Source: an uncultured Collinsella sp. (lineage in GTDB: Bacteria; Actinomycetota; Coriobacteriia; Coriobacteriales; Coriobacteriaceae). From it: DNA of 64,000 nucleotides. Under the pieces are notes generated by a model that saw only the letters and a list, made by a program, of their open reading frames with translations, did not search any database and was not told the origin of the DNA. Numbering within the stretch: position 1 is the stretch's first letter; each line of letters opens with the position of its first letter. Location: the NCBI GenBank assembly GCA_900758845.1, contig CAAESW010000068.1, positions 7,647 to 71,646 on the forward strand, read 5' to 3'. The position numbers and the translations under genes are program-made. Shown here one piece after another: positions 20,292 to 30,258 of this stretch.

Positions 20292-20429
20292 GTTACGGCG
20301 TTCATAGAACGCCGTAACCTACCGACGCTGCAAACGCCCCTAAGCGGCAATCTGACGTTCAATCGTCGGTCGCGTACCAAAGTACGCTTCCCTCCTCTTT
20401 CACGTCACCTTGCTCACTTAGGGACGTTT
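20288..20429. repeat. Structured intergenic element: 16-bp perfect hairpin followed by a roughly 98-nt imperfect hairpin
   Basis: gtaggttacggcgttc/gaacgccgtaacctac; aaacgcccctaagcggcaa...ttgctcacttagggacgttt with apical gcgtac-caaa-gtacgc. Confidence 0.6.
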
Positions 20430-20512
20430 TCGCTGTTGGTGACGATAACGCGGCGTTTCCATTGCTGGAGCTAAAGGCTTTCTTTCGCTTTCGCTCTTAG
20501 TCGAAAGCTATT

Positions 20513-20550
20513 AAGCGACATTCCGTTCTTCGGAATGTCGCTTTCGTTTT
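20513..20550 (+). terminator. Intrinsic terminator downstream of ileS
   Basis: aagcgacattccg / cggaatgtcgctt followed by tcgtttt. Confidence 0.7.
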
Positions 20551-20662
20551 ATGCTGGTTATTTCGCTTGCGTTGGTGGACATGTCGTGCGCTCTGCGTGT
20601 GGCAATATAAGATGGTTAATTGCGTAAAACGGAATTTGATTATCTGAGGGTAGGGGATTGAT

Positions 20663-21262
20663 TTGGGTCGTGCTGGGGATATGACGCCGCCTTTGCGTTG
20701 GCGGTTGGGTGTTGCTGGTGGGGCAGCGCTCGTTGTGCTGCTTGTTGACCAGCTGACCAAGCTTGCGGTTCGTGCCGTGGGCGAAGCTTTGCATGTGACT
20801 GTCATCCCCGGTGTCATCGACTTTATGTTTGTCCGCAATATCGGTGCTGCCTTTAGTATGGGCGAGGGGCATGGCATCGCGTTTGCCGTGCTGGCGTTGG
20901 CGGTCATTATCGCTATTGCCGTGTACCTCGTTCGTGCACCCCAGCTCGCCCATCTTGAGGTTGTGGGCATGGCGATGGTTGCGGGCGGTGCTATCGGCAA
21001 CGCTATCGATCGTTTGGCATTTGGCTTCGTGACCGATTTTATTGCCACAACCTTCATTGACTTCCCCGTCTTCAATGTGGCCGATATCGGCATTACCTTG
21101 GGCGTCGTGCTCGCCCTCTTCGGCTACATGTTCTTGAGCCCCGCTGCCCGTGAGGTCGATGCGACAGCCGAGCTTAACGCCCGTGACGAGGCCCGCGCTA
21201 GGCGCAAGGCCCAGCAACGCGGGGAGCGTGCCCGCAAGATTCGCGAAAGGAATGAGCGTTAA
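20663..21262 (+). CDS. lspA: Lipoprotein signal peptidase II
   Basis: DQLTK, NIGAAFS, GGAIGNAIDR, VTDFI and FNVADI motifs. Start may be ATG 20681. Confidence 0.95.
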   Translation: MGRAGDMTPPLRWRLGVAGGAALVVLLVDQLTKLAVRAVGEALHVTVIPGVIDFMFVRNIGAAFSMGEGHGIAFAVLALAVIIAIAVYLVRAPQLAHLEVVGMAMVAGGAIGNAIDRLAFGFVTDFIATTFIDFPVFNVADIGITLGVVLALFGYMFLSPAAREVDATAELNARDEARARRKAQQRGERARKIRERNER

Positions 21263-22275
21263 TGGCCGACATCCATATTCTCGTTGCCGACGATTGCGCT
21301 GGTCAGCGTCTTGACGCCTATCTGGGCTCCAATGACGGCTGCCCTACGCGCTCTGCCTGCGCGCATCTGATTGAGGGCGGTGCCGTATGTGTCAATGGCG
21401 AGACCTGTCTGTCTAAAAAGTACGCCGTGCGAGCCGGCGACCGTATTTCGGTCGATTTGCCTGAGCCGCACGATCCCACCGATGTGATTCCCGAGGCCAT
21501 CCCGCTCGACATTCGCTATGAGGACGACTATCTCATTGTGCTCTCCAAGCAGCGCGGCCTGGTGTGCCATCCTGCGCATGGTCATGAGAGCGGTACGCTC
21601 GCGAATGCCCTGGTCTATCACTGCGGTATCGACCATCTGGGCACCGTGCAGGGCGAGGATCGCCCCGGGATCGTGCATCGTTTGGATCGCGATACCTCGG
21701 GTCTCATGCTTGCGGCAAAGGACGACGACACACAGCGCGCGCTTCAAAATCTCATTCGCACGCGTACGCTCGACCGCCGCTATATCACGCTTGTCCACGG
21801 GCACATCGCCATGGACGAGGGCACCATCAATACCGGTATCGCCCGTTCCACGCGCGACCGCGTTAAGATGGCGGTTTCGGACGACCCCTTTGCCCGTCAG
21901 GCCATTACAACCTTTAAGGTCCTCGAGCGCTTTGATTCCACGCGCTTTGACGACGGCTACACGCTTGTCGAGTGTCACCTGTTTACCGGCCGCACTCATC
22001 AGATTCGCGTGCATATGCGTCATATCAACCACGCCTGCGTGGGCGATCCGCTCTACGGCAAGTGCGATGCGCGCGCCGACCAGGGCCTGACCAGGCAGTT
22101 CCTGCATTCTTGGCGCGTGGCGTTCGACCATCCCGTGACGGGGGAGCGCATTGAGTGCCGCGACGAGTTGCCGTGGGATCTCGCTGCGGTTCTCGACGAT
22201 CTGGCTCCGCGCTCGCTCGGTCGCACGGCCGCTGGAGATGAAATCGTTCCGCAGCTCGGTCTTCTCGAAGCCTAG
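21262..22275 (+). CDS. RluA-family pseudouridine synthase (RluD-like)
   Basis: S4 domain (RLDAYL), HRLDRDTSG catalytic motif, TGRTHQIRVH, GDPLYG. Confidence 0.94.
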   Translation: MADIHILVADDCAGQRLDAYLGSNDGCPTRSACAHLIEGGAVCVNGETCLSKKYAVRAGDRISVDLPEPHDPTDVIPEAIPLDIRYEDDYLIVLSKQRGLVCHPAHGHESGTLANALVYHCGIDHLGTVQGEDRPGIVHRLDRDTSGLMLAAKDDDTQRALQNLIRTRTLDRRYITLVHGHIAMDEGTINTGIARSTRDRVKMAVSDDPFARQAITTFKVLERFDSTRFDDGYTLVECHLFTGRTHQIRVHMRHINHACVGDPLYGKCDARADQGLTRQFLHSWRVAFDHPVTGERIECRDELPWDLAAVLDDLAPRSLGRTAAGDEIVPQLGLLEA

Positions 22276-22357
22276 CCAGTATTAGGTGGTTTCTTGAACT
22301 CGGTAAGCCTGCGGTAAGATATACGTTTGTTTACGTTACGCGTTGCTGGGAGCCTGC

Positions 22358-23653
22358 ATGCTCGCCTTTTTACAAACCAACACACCCATCGTGATCTTCA
22401 ACCAGATTGTCGTCACGCTGCTCACGGTCTGCTTTCTGTATCAGGTGGTCTTCTTTGTCATTGGCGCTCTTCGTGGCGAGGTCGCGCCTCCCAAGGCCAA
22501 AAAACTCCATCGCTATGCTTTCTTTATCGCGGCGCATAATGAGGAGGCCGTGATTGCCAACCTCGTTCGCTCCATCAAGGACCAGGATTATCCGTCCGAG
22601 CTCATCGAGGTCTTTGTCGTTGCCGACGCCTGCACCGACAACACGGCGCAGCTCGCGCGCGAGGCGGGCGCCATCGTTTATGAGCGTAACGACCTGGCCC
22701 GCAAGGGTAAGAGCTGGGTCATGGACTATGGTTTCGACCGCATCCTTAACGAGTATCCCGACACCTTCGAAGGTTACTTTATCTTCGATGCCGATAACGT
22801 TATCTCCCGCGATTACGTGTCCAAGATGAACGATGCCTTTGACCAGGGATTCCATGTGGTCACAAGCTATCGCAACTCCAAGAACTTTGGCAGCTCGTGG
22901 ATCTCGGCAGCTAATGCTACCTGGTATTTGCGCGAGGCGCGCTTCCTTAACAATGCGCGTAATATCTGTAAGACGTCTTGCGCCGTCTCGGGTTCGGGCT
23001 ACCTCATCTCCGCCAGTGTTATTGAGGGCATGCACGGCTGGCAGTTCCACACGCTGACCGAGGACATTCAGTTCACTACGTTCTGCGCTATTCACGGTAT
23101 TCGCATTGGCTATGCGCCGGCGGAGTTCTTTGACGAGCAACCCGTGACGTTCAAGGCATCCTGGAAGCAGCGTATGCGCTGGACCAAGGGCTTTTACCAG
23201 GTGTTCTTTACCTACGGCAAGCATCTGGTTAAGTCGACGTTCCGCTATCATCGCTTTGCCGCCTACGACATGTTTATGACCATCGCTCCGGGTATGCTGC
23301 TATCGCTGATCTCGATGCTCGCTAATGCGACGTTCTTGATTGTGGGTGGCCTTTCGCATGGTTTCTTGGCTACCGAAGTCGAGATGCAGGCGTGCGCCGC
23401 TTCGCTCATTATGACCTTCGCCATGATGTATCAGACCTTCTTTATCCTGGCGCTGCTCACGACTATCTTTGAGTACAAGCACATTCACTGCGCGCAAAAG
23501 TGGCGTCTGGTGACTAACCTGTTCACCTTCCCGATCTTTATGTTCAGCTATATCCCTATCACGGTGGCCGCGCTGTTCCTGAAGGTCGACTGGGTTCCTA
23601 CCCAGCATGCCGTAAACGTCACCCTCGACGAGGTCATGCAAGGCGCCAAATAA
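22358..23653 (+). CDS. Membrane-bound processive family-2 glycosyltransferase
   Basis: AHNEE, FDADN, LTED and KQRMRW (D,D,D,QxxRW) motifs with flanking TM helices. Confidence 0.9.
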   Translation: MLAFLQTNTPIVIFNQIVVTLLTVCFLYQVVFFVIGALRGEVAPPKAKKLHRYAFFIAAHNEEAVIANLVRSIKDQDYPSELIEVFVVADACTDNTAQLAREAGAIVYERNDLARKGKSWVMDYGFDRILNEYPDTFEGYFIFDADNVISRDYVSKMNDAFDQGFHVVTSYRNSKNFGSSWISAANATWYLREARFLNNARNICKTSCAVSGSGYLISASVIEGMHGWQFHTLTEDIQFTTFCAIHGIRIGYAPAEFFDEQPVTFKASWKQRMRWTKGFYQVFFTYGKHLVKSTFRYHRFAAYDMFMTIAPGMLLSLISMLANATFLIVGGLSHGFLATEVEMQACAASLIMTFAMMYQTFFILALLTTIFEYKHIHCAQKWRLVTNLFTFPIFMFSYIPITVAALFLKVDWVPTQHAVNVTLDEVMQGAK

Positions 23654-23661
23654 CCACCACC

Positions 23662-23702
23662 AAAACCACCGCAAAGGGGACAGGCACCTTTGTGGTGGTT
23701 TT
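23662..23702. repeat. REP-like palindrome, family B copy 2 (inverted relative to copy 1)
   Basis: aaaaccaccgcaaagg-ggacaggca-cctttgtggtggtttt. Confidence 0.75.
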
Positions 23703-23735
23703 TTGCTTTTGCGATGCAGCTCGAGGAGGAGTCCG

Positions 23736-24158
23736 ATGGTCTATATCCCGTTTTGGATTTGCATCTTTGCCGGCGCGGCGATTGATGCCCGTGAGCGGCG
23801 GTTTCCGAATGCGCTTGCCGGAGCGTGTGCGGTGGCGGCATTAGCAGGCGTTTGGCTCGACAAAGGCGTTAACACAGCGCTTGACCACGCAGGTCTTGCC
23901 GTCATCGTGTATCTTGCTCTCGTGCTGACTGAGTCCCTCTGGCGTCGACTTCGCCAAATCCCGGGCATCGGCATGGGGGATGCCAAGGCGCTCTTCGCGC
24001 TTTGCACGCTCGACCCTATGGGTGGCATCGTGGCATTTGCCGTCGCACTCCTGGCCCTGGCCCTCTCCTGCCTCTTCACAAAATCGCGCTCCCTGCCATT
24101 GCTCCCGTTTTTAGTGCCGATTTTTGCCATAATCGAGGTCGTGGGCTGCACATTGTAA
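23736..24158 (+). CDS. Prepilin peptidase-like protein (A24 family, short form)
   Basis: Hydrophobic; IDARERRFPN and GMGDAK aspartate motifs; LPLLPF; GAGGAG RBS. Confidence 0.75.
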   Translation: MVYIPFWICIFAGAAIDARERRFPNALAGACAVAALAGVWLDKGVNTALDHAGLAVIVYLALVLTESLWRRLRQIPGIGMGDAKALFALCTLDPMGGIVAFAVALLALALSCLFTKSRSLPLLPFLVPIFAIIEVVGCTL

Positions 24159-24189
24159 CCGATTGCGCATCCTTCTTAAGGAGCATGCC

Positions 24190-25437
24190 ATGGCATCTAA
24201 TCAAGAAACGGCCGTCATTAAGGCGCGCATGGACCGTATTCCCTCGGCGTTGTCGCCCGAACTAGTCGAGCGCATTGTCGCCGATCGTGCTTCGGGCTAT
24301 GTCAACCCGTATCGTTGCAACGACGATCAGGTCATTCGTCGTATTAATCGCGCCGCCGACAAAGGCACGCTTATGCGTCCGGCGTTTATGCGCGATACCG
24401 AAAAGATACTTCATCTTCCGGCGTACACCCGTTATGCAGGTAAAACGCAGGTCTTTAGCTTCCGTAGCAATGACGATCTGTCACGCCGCGGTTTGCACGT
24501 GCAGCTTGTGTCTCGCATTGCGCGCGATATCGGTCGCGCCCTGGGGCTCAATTGCAATCTGATCGAGGCGATTGGCCTGGGCCACGACTTGGGACACACG
24601 CCTTTCGGCCATTCCGGCGAGCGCTTCCTCAACGATATCTATCACGAGCGTACGGGGCGTTATTTTTTCCATAACGTGCAGTCGGTCCGCGTGCTCGACG
24701 CGCTGTATGGCCGCAACGTGTCGCTCCAGACGCTCGACGGCGTGCTATGCCATAACGGCGAGTACGAGCAGCGTGTGTTTGAGCTCTCGGACATGGGCTC
24801 CTTTGAGCAGTTTGACCAGACGGTTGAGGATTGCATTGCCACGGGCTATAGCGCAATTGAGCATCTGCGTCCCATGACGCTCGAGGGCTGCGTCGTTCGC
24901 ATCTCGGATATTCTTGCCTACGTCGGTCGTGACCGTCAGGATGCGATCGCGGCGGGCCTGCTTTCGCCCGACGCTTTTGATGATGGCCGGGGCGGTGCCT
25001 ACAACAGTTGGATCCTCACACATGCCTCCATCGATATCGTTGAGCACAGCTATGGTAAGCCGCGTATCGAGATGAGCGAGGACCTGTTTGAGGAAATCCG
25101 CCGAGCCAAGCGCGAGAACTACGAGAAGATCTATAGCAAGGGCGGTATCGAAGGCGACTCCGAGGCGGAGCTGCGCGAAGCCTTCGAAAAGCTTTACGAC
25201 CGTTGCCTGCAGGATATAAACGAAGGTGACGAGTCCTCGTATATCTTTAAACACCACATTTCTCGCATCGAGCAGCAGCTTTCCTACTACGATCGCGCCT
25301 ATGCCTGGCAGAACGATAAGGACCAGGCGGTCGTGGATTACATTGCGAGCATGACGGACGGTTATTTCTGCGAACTGACGAGCAAGCTGTTCCCTGGTCT
25401 GGAGTTTCCGCACCGTACCTATATTAACGAACGGTAG
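24190..25437 (+). CDS. HD-domain dGTP triphosphohydrolase-like protein
   Basis: RD..KILH, KTQVF, HDLGHTPFGHSGE, DYIASMTD motifs. Confidence 0.88.
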   Translation: MASNQETAVIKARMDRIPSALSPELVERIVADRASGYVNPYRCNDDQVIRRINRAADKGTLMRPAFMRDTEKILHLPAYTRYAGKTQVFSFRSNDDLSRRGLHVQLVSRIARDIGRALGLNCNLIEAIGLGHDLGHTPFGHSGERFLNDIYHERTGRYFFHNVQSVRVLDALYGRNVSLQTLDGVLCHNGEYEQRVFELSDMGSFEQFDQTVEDCIATGYSAIEHLRPMTLEGCVVRISDILAYVGRDRQDAIAAGLLSPDAFDDGRGGAYNSWILTHASIDIVEHSYGKPRIEMSEDLFEEIRRAKRENYEKIYSKGGIEGDSEAELREAFEKLYDRCLQDINEGDESSYIFKHHISRIEQQLSYYDRAYAWQNDKDQAVVDYIASMTDGYFCELTSKLFPGLEFPHRTYINER

Positions 25438-25491
25438 TTCGTATAAATTCGGTATACTGTTAGTGGAAAACGTTTTTGATTGATACACGGG

Positions 25492-26847
25492 ATGGCTATG
25501 GACGACCTTTTTTCTGCTTCGACGCGCGAGCGTTCCTTTCAGAATGCGCCGCTTGCGGTGCGTATGCGCCCCAATTCGCTCGACGAGTATGTGGGCCAGC
25601 AAAAGGCCGTCGGTAAGGGCTCATGGTTGCGTGCCGCGATCGAACACGACGTGCTTTCCAGTGTGATTTTGTATGGGCCGGCCGGTACGGGTAAGACGAC
25701 GCTGGCCCATATTATCGCCAACCATACTAAGAGCGAGTTTGTCGAGGTCAGCGCTGTGACGGGCACCGTGAAGGACTTGCGCCGCGTGATCGACGAGGCC
25801 AAGACGCTTCTGAATACGTATGACCGTCGCACTATCCTGTTTATCGACGAGATTCATCGCTTTTCGAAGTCACAACAGGATGCATTGCTGCATGCGGTTG
25901 AGAACCGTACCGTCATTATGATTGGTGCCACGACGGAGAACCCGTACTTCGAGGTCAACTCGGCGTTGCTCTCGCGTGGTCGTGTGGTGGAACTTGAACA
26001 CCTTAAGGACGAGGACATAGCCACGCTGATCGAGCGTGCGCTCGAGGCTCCGCATGGCCTGAACGGTAAGTTCTCGGCCGATGTTGATACGGTTAAGACC
26101 ATTTGCACGCTGGCAGCGGGTGACGCTCGCTCGGCGCTCACGACGCTCGAGCTTGCGAGCGAGATTGCCGTCACACGTCCCGATACCGAGGGAACGCCGG
26201 CGCCGGCGGCGGGGGAGCGCTATCCCATTACCGTGGATGACGTTAAGATTGCCAACCCGCGTCGTGGCTTTTCGTACGACAAAAACGGTGACATGCACTA
26301 CGACATCATCAGTGCATTTATTAAGTCCATGCGCGGTAGCGACCCCGATGCCACGATCTATTGGCTCGCGCGCATGATTGACGCGGGGGAGGATCCTAAG
26401 TTTATCGCTCGTCGTATTATGATTCAGGCTTCTGAGGATGTTGGCAACGCCGACCCGCAGGCGCTTTTGGTGGCACATGCCGCGTTTAAGTCTGCCGAGG
26501 TCATTGGCTATCCCGAATGTCGCATTAACCTGGCTCAGGCTGCGCTCTATGTTTGCCTGGCGCCAAAATCCAACGCGTGTGAGGCTTCGATCGATGCGGC
26601 GCTGGCCGATATCCATTCTAGTGGGCTTCGTGAGGTGCCGAGTTATTTGCGCGATCGTCATCGCCCAGGTAGCGACGAATACGGTGTATATAAGTATCCA
26701 CATGATTATCCCGAAGGCTGGGTCGATCAGCGCTATTTGCCCGAGGGACTGGAGCGCGGCGCGTTCTGGCAGCCTGCCGGCCGCGGTTGGGAAGAATGGC
26801 GCGTAGAGCAAAGTGAACGCGACCGCAGCGGGAATGCACCGAAGTAG
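25492..26847 (+). CDS. rarA: Replication-associated recombination protein A (RarA/MgsA)
   Basis: PLAVRMRP, GPAGTGKTT, FIDEIHRF, ATTENP, SAFIKSMRGSDPDA, YKYPH. Confidence 0.96.
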   Translation: MAMDDLFSASTRERSFQNAPLAVRMRPNSLDEYVGQQKAVGKGSWLRAAIEHDVLSSVILYGPAGTGKTTLAHIIANHTKSEFVEVSAVTGTVKDLRRVIDEAKTLLNTYDRRTILFIDEIHRFSKSQQDALLHAVENRTVIMIGATTENPYFEVNSALLSRGRVVELEHLKDEDIATLIERALEAPHGLNGKFSADVDTVKTICTLAAGDARSALTTLELASEIAVTRPDTEGTPAPAAGERYPITVDDVKIANPRRGFSYDKNGDMHYDIISAFIKSMRGSDPDATIYWLARMIDAGEDPKFIARRIMIQASEDVGNADPQALLVAHAAFKSAEVIGYPECRINLAQAALYVCLAPKSNACEASIDAALADIHSSGLREVPSYLRDRHRPGSDEYGVYKYPHDYPEGWVDQRYLPEGLERGAFWQPAGRGWEEWRVEQSERDRSGNAPK

Positions 26848-26947
26848 CTGCTGATAATTTTGTCCCACGTTGCTGCTCTTGGCATGTTCGGTCCCCTTTG
26901 GGGTACCATGAAAAGCGTCTGTATATCGATTCCTTTGGGAGGCTTGT

Positions 26948-27538
26948 ATGAGTCCCATTCAAATCGCCCTGCTGCTGCTCGCCGTTGCCGGCGTGTGGGC
27001 CATCGCTGAGCTCGCGCTTACCCTGCGCAAGACCCGCAATGTTGTCGACTCGCTCGATAAGACCGTGGACGACCTCAACAACACCATCGCCGAGGCTCAG
27101 CCGGTGGTGGCAAAGCTCGATGGTGCTGTCGATGAGCTTACGCCGGCGCTTGCCCAGATGGAGCCGCTGCTTAAGTCGAGCAAGACGGCAGTTGATGCCC
27201 TTACCTCCAATCTCGTAGAGGTCGAAGCCGTGGTTCGCGACATTTCTGAGGTCACCGGTAGCATGGCCGAGGCCAGCAATGCTGTGTCGAGCGTGACTGA
27301 TTCTGCGGCAGGTGCCGTGCAGAAACTCTTTAACAAGGTGAAGGCTCCCGCGGCCGACGCTGAGCGCAAGCTTTCCGCTGCCGAAGAAGCCGAGCAGCCG
27401 ACCGAGCGTGTCCTGATTGGCGAAGCCGGGGACGATGTCGCTGCTGGTGACAATGATGCACAGAAGCCTGCTGCTAAAGCAGCCCAGTATTACACCTACA
27501 CGCCCGCCGAGACCACCGAGGAGTCCTGCGATGAGTAG
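26948..27538 (+). CDS. DUF948-like (YoxC/YtxG-like) membrane-anchored coiled-coil protein
   Basis: Single N-terminal TM followed by a heptad-rich helical region and acidic tail; GGAGG RBS. Confidence 0.65.
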   Translation: MSPIQIALLLLAVAGVWAIAELALTLRKTRNVVDSLDKTVDDLNNTIAEAQPVVAKLDGAVDELTPALAQMEPLLKSSKTAVDALTSNLVEVEAVVRDISEVTGSMAEASNAVSSVTDSAAGAVQKLFNKVKAPAADAERKLSAAEEAEQPTERVLIGEAGDDVAAGDNDAQKPAAKAAQYYTYTPAETTEESCDE

Positions 27539-27908
27539 CGAAGCAACTTGCCCCATTACGCTGACCGTTGCCGGCGACCCGCGTCTGGCGCGCCTTGTGC
27601 GCATGACGGCGGCAAATGTCGGTGCGCTCTGCTCCATGTCCGTCGATCGCATCGAGGACATTCGTATGGCTGCCGAGGAAGCATTTATTTTCGGCTGCAC
27701 GGCTGTTGATTCCGATGACATCTCGATCAAATTCGATGTCGACGAATCTCACGTTGGCATGACCTTTACCTTTGGCGACCAGGCCACCGTCGACGAGGAT
27801 GACCAGGCCGCTGTGTATGCCGAGCTCATCCTCGCGAGCGTGTGCGACTCCTACGAAAAGACTGCGGCGCCCCTGACGCTTTCCCTCGATCTCAAGGCGG
27901 ATATCTAA
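27531..27908 (+). CDS. RsbW-like anti-sigma factor, degenerate HATPase_c fold
   Basis: LVRMTAA..IEDIRMAAEEA resembles the RsbW N-terminal/N-box region; directly upstream of a SigB/F gene. Confidence 0.7.
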   Translation: MSSEATCPITLTVAGDPRLARLVRMTAANVGALCSMSVDRIEDIRMAAEEAFIFGCTAVDSDDISIKFDVDESHVGMTFTFGDQATVDEDDQAAVYAELILASVCDSYEKTAAPLTLSLDLKADI

Positions 27909-27909
27909 T

Positions 27910-28701
27910 ATGACCGAACGTTCCCGGAGCGGCAAGACCGCTTGGGACAAGGAGAAAACCCGCGAGCTGTTTCGTCGCTACAAAGAGACCGGTGATCCGG
28001 ACGCCCGCGAGCAGCTCGTCATGTCCCATATGAATCTGGTAAGGTTTCTTGCCAATAAATTTAAGAATCGCGGCGAGCCGCTCGACGACCTCATGCAGGT
28101 CGGCTATCTGGGTTTGCTTAAGGCTATCGACCGCTTTGACCCCGAGCGCGGGCTCGAGTTCACGACGTTTGCAACACCCACTATCCTGGGCGAGATCAAA
28201 CGCCATTTCCGCGACAAGGGCTGGAGCGTGCGCGTACCGCGTCGTCTGCAGGAGCTCTCGGCCAAGGTCAACCAAGCTACTGACAAACTTACCAACGAGC
28301 TGCAGCGTTCGCCCAAGGTTGAGGAGATCGCTGAGTATCTAGATGTGACTGTCGATGAGGTCCTCGAGGCTATGGAATCGTCTTCGGCCTATACCTCGGT
28401 GCCCATCGAGGCTCCTGGTGCGTCCGATTCCGACGATGCCCCCTCGATTCTCGACCGTTACGCCGACGACGACAACGAGCTCGACTTTACCGATGACCGT
28501 CTAGTGATCGAGGAAGCCATCCGTGATTTCTCGCCGCGCGAGCGCGAGGTGATCGAGCTGCGCTTTGTGAAGGGCATGACACAGATCGAGATCGCCAAGA
28601 AGCTGGGTATTTCTCAGGTGCAGGTTTCGCGTCTGCTGCGCCGCACGCTTAAGAAGATTCAGGACAAGATCGACCCCGACGGAGTGATGATTCGTTCATG
28701 A
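27910..28701 (+). CDS. SigB/SigF/SigG-family RNA polymerase sigma factor
   Basis: DDLMQVG.LGLLKAIDRFDPERG, FATPTILGEIKRHFRDKGWSVRVPRRLQE, TQIEIA..LGISQVQVSRL. Confidence 0.95.
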   Translation: MTERSRSGKTAWDKEKTRELFRRYKETGDPDAREQLVMSHMNLVRFLANKFKNRGEPLDDLMQVGYLGLLKAIDRFDPERGLEFTTFATPTILGEIKRHFRDKGWSVRVPRRLQELSAKVNQATDKLTNELQRSPKVEEIAEYLDVTVDEVLEAMESSSAYTSVPIEAPGASDSDDAPSILDRYADDDNELDFTDDRLVIEEAIRDFSPREREVIELRFVKGMTQIEIAKKLGISQVQVSRLLRRTLKKIQDKIDPDGVMIRS

Positions 28702-30107
28702 GTGAGCACCCCCAACAAACCGATCGCGTGCTGCGCGACACCCGCATTCTGACGCTGCGCATTTGGGCTGTTGTCGGCTGCATTGTCATCGCCGCTGTCA
28801 TCTTTAACCTTATGGGCATCCTGGCGCCGGTTATTGAGTTTCTTGCCGTCGGCTCCATCATTGCTTTTGTGATGTCTCCGATCACCAACTGGCTCGAGCA
28901 CCATGGCGTGAATCGCGGCATCGGTTCGCTTATCGCGCTTATTGTTGTTGTTGCCGTGCTCGTCGGTGTCGTTTGTATCTTGTCGCCGATTCTCTTTGGT
29001 CAGATCATGGAAGTCCTGAGCCGCCTGCCCGAGCAGCTTCGTGTTGCGGGCGGTGATCTCAACGAGATGATCTCGCATGCCAAGACGCTCAACAACACGC
29101 CGCTCAAGGAGTATTTGGACGATAATCTTTCGTCGCTGGTTGCCGTGGCATCGAGGTATGTGTCTCAGATTGCCGCCGAGCTTGGTCGTGGTGTGTTCCC
29201 ACTCATCACCAATACGGCCTCGCAGCTGTTCGTTATCTTCCTTGGCCTGGTGCTTGCCTACTGGATGGCCTGCGACTACCCTCGCATGCACCACGAGATT
29301 TGCACCATCATCGGTCAGGAGAAGGAGACCTCGTACCGCTTTATGGTCGCCATCCTTTCTCGCTCTGTCGGCGGCTACATGCGCGGTATGGTCGTGACGT
29401 CCATCTGCGGTGGTTTCCTCGCCTTTATCGGTTTTATGATCATCGGCCATCCGTATGCGGCGCTCATGGCTATCTTTACCGGCATCATGCATTTGGTTCC
29501 GGTCGTCGGTCCCTGGGTGAGCGCAGCAATCGCCACGGTGCTCGGTTTCATGTTCAGCCCCATGTTGGCGTTATGGACGCTCATCGTGACGATGGTCGCG
29601 CAAAACGTCACCGATAACGTCATTTCGCCCAAGGTCATGCAGAGCTCGGTGCAGGTGCATCCCATCATGAGCCTCACGGCGCTCGTTATTGGCTCGGCAC
29701 TCATGGGCCCCATCGGCATGATTATTGCCATCCCGCTTTGTGCGGCCCTCAAGGGTATCTTCGTGTACTACTTCGAGAATGAGACCGGCCGACAGCTTGT
29801 GGCCTATGACGGCGCCGTGTTTAAGGGCACGCCGTACCGCGATGCCGATGGCAACCCGGTCGCCGCCTACGACGCGCTCGGCGACGACACCTTCATCTAC
29901 GAGTCCGAGCTCATCGGCAACGAGACTGCGCCCGAGGCCAAGGCCATGCCCAAGCCCGAGCTCGATAATCCCTGGATCAAGCTCTCAGGTCTGCAACCCG
30001 ATGCCACGGGCTTCTTCAAGAACCCCTTTGCCAAGGACGATGACTCCAACTCGGACGACGATACCAAAACCGGTATCGACGGCTCCATGGACGATGACGA
30101 CAACTAG
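28698..30107 (+). CDS. AI-2E family transporter (PerM/UPF0118)
   Basis: Multi-TM; VPVVGP, NVISPKVM..SVQVHP and GMIIAIP motifs; acidic C-terminal tail. Confidence 0.88.
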   Translation: MSEHPQQTDRVLRDTRILTLRIWAVVGCIVIAAVIFNLMGILAPVIEFLAVGSIIAFVMSPITNWLEHHGVNRGIGSLIALIVVVAVLVGVVCILSPILFGQIMEVLSRLPEQLRVAGGDLNEMISHAKTLNNTPLKEYLDDNLSSLVAVASRYVSQIAAELGRGVFPLITNTASQLFVIFLGLVLAYWMACDYPRMHHEICTIIGQEKETSYRFMVAILSRSVGGYMRGMVVTSICGGFLAFIGFMIIGHPYAALMAIFTGIMHLVPVVGPWVSAAIATVLGFMFSPMLALWTLIVTMVAQNVTDNVISPKVMQSSVQVHPIMSLTALVIGSALMGPIGMIIAIPLCAALKGIFVYYFENETGRQLVAYDGAVFKGTPYRDADGNPVAAYDALGDDTFIYESELIGNETAPEAKAMPKPELDNPWIKLSGLQPDATGFFKNPFAKDDDSNSDDDTKTGIDGSMDDDDN

Positions 30108-30258
30108 CGGGGTAATTCGGGTTAACATTCATACGTGCTAACATGCAATTTCGCTGGAGGGTCGCTGTTTGGCGACCCTCTTTTTTGCACAGGCGCGGTG
30201 GGATGGTAATATCGTTACGTTTGAACTGTTTCGATGTGAAACCGAGGAGATTCCCTCT

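Noticed and set aside
24190..25437. dGTPase as an anti-phage defence gene
   Set aside because: Housekeeping context and host-like codon usage, with no neighbouring defence or mobile genes.
26882..26910. SigB/F-type promoter for the sigma operon itself (GGGTAC)
   Set aside because: No properly spaced GTTT -35 element; the overlapping TACCAT fits a housekeeping -10 equally well.
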